Below, one piece after another: positions 25,234-36,750 of a DNA stretch of 64,000 nt; the stretch's first letter is position 1, and each line of letters starts with the position of its first letter. The position numbers and the translations under genes were made by a program. Location: the NCBI GenBank assembly GCA_010093815.1, contig ML996566.1, one strand, 5' to 3'. The notes beneath the pieces are model-generated. The model saw nothing but the letters and a program-made list of their open reading frames with translations. It had not been told where the DNA came from and searched no databases. The DNA comes from Pseudovirgaria hyperparasitica. Lineage: Eukaryota.

Positions 25234-26711
25234 TCAAGAGCAAGTCGACTTATGTCCAATGACACGGTCTTTTTCTGTGTCTTCGGGTCGCATACGCCAC
25301 TGAGCTCTCGCACGCCTCACTGAGTCCCCGTACACAAGGTGCCATTCTCTTGCCAACTCTTCAGGTGTATCCCAAGCCCTTTCTTCGTTCCTGACCCAAA
25401 GTCGCAGGATATGGCGTCTATGGTCTCCGACTTCAGCATCGGTGAAAGCATTCCGACCGTGGAGCACGCCCAAATTGTTGTATAGGAGCATATCGCCAGG
25501 TTTGAGAGACATGGTGATCCCAGTCTCCTCGGCGACGTAATGGATCATATCCAAGGCCTCTGCTTGCTCTTCACTCATGGCCGGAAGGCTCTGAGACAAG
25601 GGGTAATGCTCTGACCCCGTAATCTTCTGTCGACTGAAACAGAAGAAGGGACCGTGTTCTTTCTCCCCAAAGAGAATGGGCCTAGCATGCCAGACCTCAG
25701 GTGGCTTATCTCTATTATGAAAGTCAATCATGATGATATAAGTTTCGGCAAAGATCAGACACTTACTTATCGTAGACCCAGATGGGTGCCGCGAGTGTGT
25801 TCACCATGTCAGGGCGACTTGCCGCAATTCTATTGTAGACTGTGGCCGAGGAAGCAAGTGTGGACTCTCCACCATTGGCCGCACTATCTTGGATATACAT
25901 GCAAAGTATATCACAGACATCGTTGTGATATGGTAGGATTCCACCAGTGAAAGTCGGAGTACGTTTGCTACACTTTCCAAACTTGAACCCCATGTCGACC
26001 AGATGGGCTGTACACTATTAGCGCCCAAAAGCACTGCTAGGACACTACTCACTGAGCATGTTTCCAAACCTATCCTGACAGCCCCTTTGCTCTCCGATGT
26101 GGCTTGCAATTCCAGCAAACAGCAAGACGTTATCGGTGGCAGAGTAATTTTCAGGATTAAGCCCTCGCAAGATAGTGATACCACGACCAGAGTGGAGATC
26201 CTTGGATATCTGTTCCAATTGAGCACCATACTTGGGTAGCGGAAATAGCTCCTTTGACATCTGATCAGGGCCGTTATTGCCTGGGAGATCTATTATTGTA
26301 GTCAATTGGGTACTCCAGTAACAGACTGCGCGAAGCCGACGTACCTTTGAAGTACTGGAGGGCCGCCTCGACCTCTGCAATCTCATCTTTGGTTAGTTCG
26401 GTGATGAGAGCATCGACTCCCCCGATATCTCTTCCATACCAGACCCTAGGTCCGGTAATCGCACGGGGAAAGCCTTTGGGCAGCGGCTCATTCACATCTC
26501 GAGTTGCCTCAAGACGCTTTACTCGCGCCTCGAAATCAGCTCTATCGGGCTCAAACTTGATAGATGGTCGAACAACTTCGATAGAGTCCTCGGGGGCTTG
26601 CTTTGACTTCATGACTTGGTCTTGAGGAAGCGATGCAAAATAATGACCGCGTAGTCCAATGGACATCTCCGGCGCGGGGGAAGGAGACAAGAGCATGGTT
26701 TCGGGAGCCAT
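25234..26711 (-). CDS. TauD/TfdA (clavaminate synthase-like) 2-oxoglutarate-Fe(II) dioxygenase, about 4 exons
   Basis: HxD motif ILPYHNDVCD. GGESTLAS. Distal His in LKPGDMLLYNNLGVLHGRNAF, then RHILRLW. N-term LPKGFPRAITGPRVW. Pieces lie in ORFs 26274-26828, 25801-26229, 25763-25993 and 25234-25731. Confidence 0.9.
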
Positions 26712-27481
26712 GGTGAAATAGCAATAAACTATGAATGTGCTAGTATCACGTTCTAAAGTCGTGACTGGAGGTTTTGGTGTGGAAGGCTTTGCTATGACTT
26801 GCAAGAACGATGGACCGCTCCGACTCAATGCTCATTTATATACTTTTGAATGAGACTCGACTCTCCTAGACTTCACCGTGGCCCCACAAACTACCCCTCC
26901 TTGCTTCTCTGTCATTTAGGCCGGCCTAGTAGTAGATATGGTGTTCGGAATCTTGTCCTACCCAATAGGCGAACAAGGAATCTATTTCCAACACCTCATC
27001 GCTAGGGGTTTCATGCACCCACAATGCAGAGCAAATCAACAAACACATGGACAGCCCGGAGGCACCGAACTATCATGTTGCTTCGTTATACGAATCCCGA
27101 CATGTGAGCTAACGAGACATATCATCTCATGATAAATCGTGTGTTCCACTGCAAACGAAGTCGAATCTAGTAAACGGATCTATGCTGCTGTGACCCTGGC
27201 TCTGATCTCCACATACTCCAGATCAATGATGAAGCTACCTAATCATAGAGCACCTAGACTCATGATTGGTGTTACCTTGGGTCAAAGGATCTCGGACCCT
27301 TGAGATGGTGACAGAAGTTTGTTGGGATGTAGTCGCCATGTCTGGCCGACAGCTCTGAATCTTGTCAGTATATTAACATGTCTATTGGTCCACCCGCAGA
27401 AGAATTTGGCTCGATGCATCAAACTCAAGCACTGAGGCCCTCCCATGTCAACAGTTTCCAAGTCGCAATCACAAGACCACG

Positions 27482-29298
27482 ATGGACTTAGCAGCATCCG
27501 ATGTTGACTTGCTATGCCAACCCACAGGTGCATTTGTCGATATCGAGGACTACCTTCATCGAATCAACACCGTCACAGAAGGACCGAAAGACCAAAGTTT
27601 GCTACGTGCTTTCGATGTTGACAGCAACTCTCCACTCCACCAGAGCCGTCAAAATGGAGAACACAACGGCCGTTGGCGACTCGACGGCATCGACTGCCAG
27701 GGCACCCAAATCTATATTGTCCCTCTCTTCATCCACCACCCAGCCCCCAAACGCATCGATTTGTTCATCCCGCCCCAGCATCGCTACTCACCTGGACTCC
27801 GTGAATCCCTCGATGCCGCATGGGCATTCTGCATCCGCGACTCACGGGTCAACACTCTTGGCATCGCTGAGTATGTTATTACTGCGCTTGAACACTGGAC
27901 TAATGCTATCGGGCCGGATGCCGTGGAGCGGTTATGGACCGACGCTCCGTTTGGCAGTCGATTGGTGCTTGACCGTATCTCCGCCAGTGTCTTCGACACA
28001 ACGATAAGATTCGTCAAAGAATTTGACGTTGAGCGGCAGATGCTTTCGTTTGTACAGCTACAGTCCATGTGGAAGCTGCCCCACCAGGATATCCCTGACC
28101 CAATCAGCTTGGACGAGCTACGGCTGCTCGGACAGCTGCATGATACCGTATCTTTAGTCATGCTACCAACGAGTGTAGGAGGTAAAAAGGCAATATTCAA
28201 GAGTTCATTACATGACGTCAAGTACATGTATCATGAGCTGAAGTTGCTGCTGACTATGCGGCCACATGTGAATGTGATGTCAAAGCCTTGGCACCTTGTC
28301 ACTGTCAAAGATCGGTACGGTGGTGATGACAAGACTGTTGGCTTCATCCTTCCATTCTATGAGCAGGGAAACTTAGCAGATATAGTAAGCTACAGGAAAG
28401 GTTTAGGCACCCTCGAACTGAAAGATCAGTTCCGATGGGCAATGCAGATTGTTGTGGCACTCAGACATGTTAAGACAGGACCGGCGAAGTTTTACTCCGA
28501 ACTCAAAGCGGACAACTTGCTACTTGACAACGACGATAATGTGGTACTCATAGACTTTGAGCAGATGGGTTCGTATCAGAATACTACCCATGTCACTAGC
28601 TGACTGTACTAGGAAACTGGGCCACATACAGTGCCCCTGAGATCCACTACGTCGAGTACTGCAAGCGCCTCAGCAAGTCGCCACATGTGCCAGCTGCGGA
28701 GCAGAAACGATACAAAGCAATACTAGAGAGCCATGTCGGTCTCACCCAAGATCCAGATCCGACATACGATAATCCTGTCAATGGATACTATACTGCTTGG
28801 ACAACTCTGACTCCTGAAGAACAAGAAGCTGCTGAAGTGTTCTCTCTTGGTATGGCTCTTTGGTGTATCTTTGAAGGCTGTGCCGATACGCGGAACTCCG
28901 TACTCAAAGCATTCAGATATGACTCAGAGCAAGAGTTTCCAGAGTTTTGGAGGTCTCCTAACGCAATCAGGAAGTTGATTTACGACTGTACACAAGGATT
29001 CAGGAATAGTGACCTAGGCAGAACACGAATAATCCGGATCAACGACAAGGTATATCCGAGAGGACGCAGCGGCGTCAATGGTGAGCCAACCGGGACCGCG
29101 CTAGAGGCGGCAGTCGCGGCTCAGCAAATGTGGAAAGAACGAGTCGCAGCCATGGAGACCTTCTTAGACGCGAAGGCAAGATGGAAGAGAGGCGAGCGCA
29201 ACAGGGGTGATGAGCAATTGCTAGGCTTCATGAATCGGCCAAAGCTGCAAGAAGTCCAGCACAGACTGTTTGAGATTCAGGCTGGTATTTCCCAGTAG
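27482..29298 (+). CDS. Fungal protein-kinase-like protein with atypical catalytic loop, 2 exons
   Basis: AIFK (beta3 Lys), YHELK (alphaC Glu), FYSELKADNLLL, VLIDFEQ. Intron 28569-28612, then GNWATYSAPE and EVFSLGMALWCIFEG. Confidence 0.85.
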
Positions 29299-29340
29299 TA
29301 CCACATAGATCATAATTCCTGGTTCAACGCAATAGTCAGC

Positions 29341-29972
29341 TCAACTCTTCACTTTGAATGGTAAACCCTCCATCTCCTCCTTCGTCCAGTACAACATCAT
29401 GTTTTCTGCCTTTAACATTTGTACCTCCTCATCCATATGCCGCCAGAGCACCTCTCCAAACCCGTCCATCTGCCTCTTGATCTCCACCAGGTCGACTTCG
29501 ATCTTTTCCTCCCTAGCCCATGCCTTCAAGTACTCGTGTAGCGTATCAAGTCCTGTGTGAATCTCGCGATGCTGCGCATAGATCTCTGGCCTAGTCTTGC
29601 AACCCTTCTGATCTATAGACGGCTCGGAGAAGTCCGGTCTAAACACCGGCATCTTCATGCCAAGCTTTGGAAACACATGCTCTTCTTCCAACGCATGATG
29701 CCTGTCAAGCGCGGCGCACCACTCTAGAAATTTGCCGACATAGGCGCCTGGAGTGATGTCGCTGGGGAGCCTTCCAGCATTGCAGATGCTGAGGAGCTCG
29801 GTCCAGGTCTGGCGAAAGCCTTCGTGCTGCACGGGGGGTGGTGAGTGCCGGTGTGCATCACAGGATCTCGGGGCGCGGGACCTACGAAAGCGTCCATGCC
29901 GACCGCCATTTTGTTGAACAGACGGTATTCATAGCTGGTCAGGTCTTGCGGGGCTTGTGCAAAAGTCGCCAT
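29341..29972 (-). CDS. Hemerythrin/HHE cation-binding domain protein, 2 exons
   Basis: MDAF|HEGFRQTW; HHALEEEHVFPKL; QHREIH; LWRHMDEEV. Intron approx 29882-29829. Confidence 0.9.
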
Positions 29973-32100
29973 ACCCTTGAGGCGGGATGTTTGTATTTTG
30001 TGCAGTCATGTTTTAAGCTGCCAGAATTGCTGTTGATATAGTTGTGATTTCCCAAATAGGCTAGATCCGGAACATCATGGCGGATTGTGGAGAATTGTTC
30101 GCAGCGATATGGTTGGCAGAGAAAATGAACGAGCGTGGCACAGTGGGAGACAGGGAAGCCCTTGTCTTCGGGGCTGTAAGTGAGGGACGGGAAGACAGGG
30201 GCCGAAATGGACATGGGTGCGATGATCCCCCGGTCAACGCTTCTCTCCTCACTTGAAATCATACATGCAGGTATGATTATAGCCCTGTCGAGTGCATGAG
30301 ATTTGCATCTTCGGATTGGAAGACCTGGGAGTGCTCAATGTTGGCGAGTCTTGGGACGCGGGAGAGTAAAAAGAGACCCCAGGATCATGATCACGACTCA
30401 GAGTACCAGTCAAACAGAGTTGCCTGCTGATCGCAAGAGCTGATTCATATTGGCTGCACGAAAATACATATGCACTGGTGCTGTGAGACGTGCGTTGATC
30501 TCTCCGCATTACAGCACGCTTCGATATGCAACTTCTCTGACTCGCATACTTACAACGTCGTACAGTAGCGTGCATCCATTCCGCTTGACATAGAAGAGTG
30601 TGATGGCAGAGATTGGGATTTTCATGCAAGCCAGAAGCAAGTCAAGCTCGACCGCTCAAAACTCCTACCAATCAAGTCAATCTAAAGGTGTTCGGAGATA
30701 GCTCCTAAGCCTTTGAGCCATTCAATGAGGCTCTGTTTAGATTCCTTGCTTATAATGGCTTACTATCAGTATTTCAGACTTTCCAAGTGGGTCTCAGTCA
30801 GATACCTGGGTGCCCAAAGCCAAGCCCATACACCACTTTTCTACCTTCTTAGGCTTATCTATTTTACACATATGGATAGGCATTTAGAGGACTCTAACTT
30901 CGATTAATCTAATATCACTGGCGGAGAGGTAAGGAGGTCAATCTCAGGTGTTGTAGTGAGACGAGACCAGGATGCAACTTTAGGTGCCGCTCGTTCCTTA
31001 TGATATCTGTGCTCTGATAGTTATGGACCTTAAAAATGAGGTTTATGCTTTTAAGAGCGGCCAAGTCGGTGTTTAGTTGTCACAGCTGTTTATAGAGAGT
31101 ATTACCACAAGTATTATCCTGGACCCACTAAAGATGAATGTGTAATTGATAACAGCGACCGTAATGCCACAGTGATCCTGATAGAACGTGCCCGGATTTC
31201 AACGGCTGATGATTCATCTGTCAGGTTGTAACTTTCGTCGATGTGAACCTGACTAACAAGATGGTATGAATGCGTATATCCTCAGATCTCTTAGCTACGG
31301 TGCGTTTGAGTCTTATGGCTGATCACTTAGGACGAACTCGTCTTGATACTGTGGAAGTATTGACTCATCTAACTAACTGGGACTTGACTGATGTTTGGTC
31401 GAAGGCATAGTCTACGATACGTCCAGAATCGAGATAACTTTGATTTCTTCACGCTTCTGTCGGTTCATAGCTCCGACGCCCCTCAATACAGCGATCCTAT
31501 ACTCCTGAGCGGCATTGTCTAGACAGGGCCGGGAAGTGTTGAAACATCGACGATACTAATGCTGAGGTTATGAAGGTGATCATGACAACGACCTTTAATC
31601 TACTTATAAACACTATTTATATCTGTCAGCTTATAGGCTCAACTATCTTCTCAGTGCAGCAGCAGTGTCGACGACTCCTTTTCACATAACCTATAGATGA
31701 AGATGGGCTGGCACTGGGCGCGTGCGTCCTTTACGCCTATTACATGCATATGTTTCTCACTTCTCATTCTCTACACTACGAATCAGCTAAATATATCCAA
31801 ATCATCTATGTGATGATCCTTATTCCGATGTCGACGTGATTCGCAAAACTGTCGTGGGTTGGCGAAGAATTCTTATCGCTTGGCTGTGGCGCTGGTGCAC
31901 GTGCACATCTTAGCATTCCAAGGATTACGCAAGTCATACTAGAGCTTAATCAAGGTTAGTCCGCCTGCTGCTGCCTTGCGATCTTCCATGTTCACGTTGT
32001 TCATTCGACATCTGTGCGAAGCCCACGAATGCAACTTGGTGATTGCCTGCTGCTCGTGCCACCTTGCCGATATGATGGCAATACTTAAGGCCGACTCATC

Positions 32101-34359
32101 ATGTTCGACTTTAGCCCCGATGATAAGAAAAAGTTCTACGAGGACCTAGAAAACTTGGATAAGACCGACAGTGAGCGCGAAGACGAAGGCCATTTAGAAT
32201 CGATACGACTCTTGAGGGGTAGTCCAACGCATTTGTCAACTTCTCGTGGATCTTTTACTGGCCGTCGAGTCGCTAGAACGTTGACGGCGTTCGATCAGAA
32301 TGCTCACAGAGCAATTTCGCGTGAAAGCAGTTCTAGACATTTCCCACTCTCCCTTATTCGATCACAGTCGGAACCTCAGCCTATGCAACCTCAGATATCG
32401 CTGAGTCATCCTCGAGAGAAGTCTGTCTCCTTCCGGCATCTTGGTTTGAAGAAGAGTGCCTCAAGCTCTTCGTTGTCTTCGAGAGAAATGGCGCCTGCAT
32501 CCAAGTCAATTCATGAAAAAGGCAAAGGGAAGAAGCGTTCGAGGCCGACGCAGGAAATCCAGCTAGCACAAATATTTCAGGGCCTCGTTTTCTTTTTTGT
32601 ACCAAACAACACTCACAATAATGCGCGTAGAATGAGAATTGAACTGGCACAGAAGAGAGGCGCAATCTGGGCAAAAGAATGGTCCACGGCTCAGATCACC
32701 CATGTTATCGCTGATAAAGACGTCAAATATGCTTGGCTTCTAAGCCACCTTAATTTGACTGAGATTCCAGTATGTAATATGTGATATCAAAATCTGCATT
32801 AGACTGACTGGATATGGTAGTCCAATATATCCGTTGTTTCGGAGCACTTCATACCCGATTCCATCGCTGCAGGGCTGCAGGATCCTGCGAGACCTCGGTA
32901 CAGAATCGAAGGTCAAGTTGTCCAACCACCGAATCGTACTGCAGTAGAACTGCCTGCGGAATCAGACAGATCACTGCAAGTCAAGCCTGCAAAGAAGGAT
33001 GTCTCACTCACTGGTCCAGACACCCAATCTACAGTCGTGGCCAGCAGCATCGGTACTGCAGTTCTACATGACGCCTTAAATGATTCAACTCGAGCAAGCA
33101 AAAGTAACAGGAATCAGGCGCAGTACAACGATGAATTAGCTCAGGTGATCAAGGAAACTAAACCCTTTGCCCATCTTCCGCTTTCTGACGAGTCCGATGA
33201 CGCGGGGGCTGACCAGCCTGACGATTTAGACCACGAAGAAGGCCCACCTAGGAAAGCACCCAGACTCGATATTGCAAGTGAGGCCTCGGTCGACAAGTGG
33301 CAAAAGTCATTTCAGTGCATGCACAAGAATGAGGGTAACCTGGAGAGACAAAATCCTAATGCATATACTATAGGCATTCTGTCAGAAATGGCTCAGTATT
33401 ATGACAATGGTCATGACGACTTCAGACTCATGTCATATCGGCGAGCTGTTGCGTCTCTGCAGAAGTGTGATACGCTGATTACAACCAAGGATCAGGCTCT
33501 TAAACTTGGCCGAGTTGGCCCAAGTATTGCAGAGAAAATTGAAGAGATTGTGACAACTAAGGGACTTCGCAAACTCGAAAATGCAAAATCTGATCCTCGC
33601 GAGGTCGCAATCCAACTGTTTCTAAGGGTCTACGGATGTGGCAAGGCTTTGGCTGAGGAATGGTATGCAAAGGGATATCGAACTTTAGAAGACCTCGAAA
33701 AAGAGAAGCTTACGAGCAATCAACGCATCGGGGTCGATCATTACGAAGACTTCAACACCCGCATACCACGTGCGGAAGTAGAAGCTCATGGAAAAGTTGT
33801 AATGGATGCTTTGGAAGTAGTCGCTCCTGGGTACAAAGCAACGATCATGGGTTCCTATAGACGTGGCACAAAAGACTGTGGAGACATTGACATGCTCATC
33901 ACGAAAGAGAACACCGCCGTCGAAACCGTCGCAACAGTCGTATTTGAGCAGCTTGTTCCGTACCTCACAGAAACCGGGTTTCTTGTCGCAAGTCTCGCAA
34001 CGCCACACGCCAATGGAGGCACTAAATGGCATGGGGCATCGTTGCTACCGGCATCATCCCTTCCGTCTGGCTCAAAACCCCTATGGCGCCGTATAGACTT
34101 CCTCGTTGTGCCAGAGTCGGAGATGGGTGCCGCACTCCTGTACTTCACCGGAGATGATATATTCAACCGTAGTATGAGGTTACTTGCCAGCAAGAAAAAG
34201 ATGCGCTTGAACCAGCGTGGGCTATACAAAGATGTCATCCGAGGACCAAACCGGGAGAGACTTACAGAAGGCACGCTTGTTGAAGGAAAAAGCGAGCAGG
34301 GTATCTTCGAGGCCTTAGGCGTACCCTATAGGCCTCCCCATCATCGCATCTGCGGATAG
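32101..34359 (+). CDS. POL4: DNA polymerase X family (Pol lambda/Pol4) with N-terminal BRCT domain, 2 exons
   Basis: BRCT-like IFQGLVFFF...THVIAD. Intron 32770-32820. Nucleotidyltransferase GSYRRGTKDCGDIDMLIT, RRIDFL, AALLYFTG and NRSMR. Confidence 0.92.
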
Positions 34360-34415
34360 GGTAATTTTCAGAATCTGTATTCGTTTGGAAGTATTATCAC
34401 CACAACTGTATACTT

Positions 34416-34453
34416 ATCTCTTGAGGCATGAGGAATCTCTTGAGGCATGAGGA
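34416..34453. repeat. Perfect 19-bp tandem duplication (ATCTCTTGAGGCATGAGGA x2)
   Basis: Two adjacent identical copies between the convergent POL4 and D-aminopeptidase 3' ends. Confidence 0.9.
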
Positions 34454-34579
34454 CTTAGCGGATTGATACCAAATTATACAGTCTCATCATGTCAAAGACA
34501 TGGACGTGCTATACTTACTATTGGTTCCATGTCGCCCAAATGGAACAACCTCACCGTACAATTCAATCTACGCGGCGTG

Positions 34580-36202
34580 CTAAATTCTCTTGAACTCTAA
34601 TTTCCTCGCAAGCCAACATCCAATCGTCACACCCTCCACATCTCCGTTCTCATGGCGATGAACTACAATTGTCCAATCTCCAGGTGCTGGCGCGTCCATA
34701 CCACGTGGACACGCCATTAACCATACGTCTTCGCCCAAATAGCGCATCAAATGCGGCGGTCCCCGCCCCATGAAGCCGTCAAAGCTCGCATACAATATCC
34801 CACCCTCGCCCACGAACTCAACAGTACTCCCAATCTCATCACATCGGTAAGAGCCCTGTACGCGCGCTAGGTTGGGATCTGGGACGCCGGTGGGAGATTG
34901 CTTGATGCGCCGGGCGGCGGCAGTGAAGTTTGCCATAGGGCGAAATATGTGGAGTGTATCTGCAACGATGCTTGCGTGGATACCGGTGGATTGTGCAGTG
35001 GTATTGGAAGTTAACGGGATTGTTTCCGACCCTCCTATCATGGAGATCGTGATGCTGCTTTCATTGGAGACGATGACGATGCTAAGCTTGCTTTCGTCAT
35101 CCAAATAAGCCCCGGCCCACAACTCGGATGGCTTGATCGATGCTGGCTTCACGACTTCGGGTTTGGCGAGGAGTTTACCCATCACATACTCTGATGCAGT
35201 GACAGCATTCGCCATGTGATTTTGCATGACGACGATGGATAGCCGATGGGACGGTGCATATAAACGATTTAGTTTGTAGCCGCGCAGACCACCGCTGTGG
35301 CCAATAACAGGTACGTCTTGCACGTCCCAGTGAACCAGACCCATTCTATAGCCTGACTTGCCACCAGACTTAAAAGGGACTGTTGTACCTGCTGATTGCG
35401 CCCAGCTTGATGACTGCGTCCAGTGCTGGTCAAAGTACTTTTCGTATGCGATCATATCCTCGAGTGATGCAACGATGCCAGCGTCACCGGCCCATTCGAT
35501 ATTGTTCTCCGCTGGCAAGTAGCCTCGTAGCTCATCACCTTCGTAGCCAGTGCCAGGGCCCGGTCGTTTCGAGGCATCGGGAATCAGTTTTGCAGTCTTC
35601 ATACCGGCTCGTTCGAAGACTCGCTCTGCGATGAGATCACCGATTTCTCTTCCCGTCACCCTTTCGATAAGTCTGGCAAGTATGTTGAAATTTGTGTTAG
35701 CATAGGAATATCCGTTGCCTGGCTCGAATTGGAACGACTTAAGAGCATCGAGCGCCAGAGTATTGTGCTTTGATATGGAGTAATGTGTTACTGGTCTGGC
35801 TCCGAAGAGCGTGCCTAGCGCCCAGTAGTCACGAATACCGGATTGATTGTCGCACAGATGGTCGACAGTCAGCCCAGTATCTTTTACGATGCCAGGGTGG
35901 AGAAGGGTGCTCATCTCGAGCTGCACCCGCTTCTTGAACTCGCCCTTGGCTACCATCTCCGATGGCGGGTTCTCATTCAAATCATGGAGAGTTGCACAAA
36001 GCATCTGTTTCGAAATTGAACATATGGGTAAAGGTGTTGTTGATTCCATTAGAACGCCCTTGTCCATGTCGGCGTAACCCCATACATAAGTGTCGACGAG
36101 TTCTCCATCTTTAAGCACTGCTGCAGCCCCTCCAGGTCCGCGGAATCGACCCGACATGTCAATGAGGGCCTGCCTCACTGCTTGTGGTGTGATTGAGACC
36201 AT
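34580..36202 (-). CDS. D-stereospecific aminopeptidase (peptidase S12, beta-lactamase fold with C-terminal DAP-type domains), intronless
   Basis: SxxK CSISKQM, YxN YSYANTN, GHSGG, QSGIRDYW, and C-terminal PRGMDAPAPGDW resembling the DAP domain-C loop. ATG taken at 36202 (MVSITP). Confidence 0.88.
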   Translation of the reverse strand: MVSITPQAVRQALIDMSGRFRGPGGAAAVLKDGELVDTYVWGYADMDKGVLMESTTPLPICSISKQMLCATLHDLNENPPSEMVAKGEFKKRVQLEMSTLLHPGIVKDTGLTVDHLCDNQSGIRDYWALGTLFGARPVTHYSISKHNTLALDALKSFQFEPGNGYSYANTNFNILARLIERVTGREIGDLIAERVFERAGMKTAKLIPDASKRPGPGTGYEGDELRGYLPAENNIEWAGDAGIVASLEDMIAYEKYFDQHWTQSSSWAQSAGTTVPFKSGGKSGYRMGLVHWDVQDVPVIGHSGGLRGYKLNRLYAPSHRLSIVVMQNHMANAVTASEYVMGKLLAKPEVVKPASIKPSELWAGAYLDDESKLSIVIVSNESSITISMIGGSETIPLTSNTTAQSTGIHASIVADTLHIFRPMANFTAAARRIKQSPTGVPDPNLARVQGSYRCDEIGSTVEFVGEGGILYASFDGFMGRGPPHLMRYLGEDVWLMACPRGMDAPAPGDWTIVVHRHENGDVEGVTIGCWLARKLEFKRI

Positions 36203-36750
36203 CTTCAGACTAGTGAATGTCGGACAGTACACAGTCGCGGGGTAACTATTGAACAGATTAGGGGGAGATATGTGAAGAAGACGATATAGCGATAGAACCA
36301 GACAGCCAACAATCGCAAGTTATCGCATGTTCGCTCTCGTTGTTAGCCACCAGAGAAGTGAGGTTCGGAGTGAGGGGCAAGGTTACAGTGGTGGGGAGGG
36401 CAACATGGTGCTTTGTATGCGGAGTCCGGTCTTGGCGAAAAGAAGCTGCAGGATATCTGAAAGAGAGACATCACGTCCAGCGGAGGACTGGAGTGAACAT
36501 AGAAAAATCTTCCACACCCAGAATCTCCCATGATGGGTCGATGTTGCTTCCCAAATCAAGAGGCAATCTGGTAACCCAGCGCTGGCTTCGACCATGAAAC
36601 GCGTAAGAATGTTCCGCTACCGAGTGGTGTTATTCTCCGGACACCCGTTTTTGGCGTGTCCAGGAAATTGTGTTACACGCTGATGATTTGCTATGATGTT
36701 TGCTCCTCCGTTACTGCTACTACTCATCACTCGTGCTCAAACCTGCGAGA

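Noticed and set aside
30100..32050. 2-kb gene-poor spacer as a possible transposon relic
   Set aside because: No terminal repeats, transposase or RT motifs were recognised; left unannotated.
34416..34453. 19-bp duplication as a target-site duplication marking insertion of the D-aminopeptidase
   Set aside because: The copies are adjacent rather than flanking the gene, which is best explained by slippage or repair.
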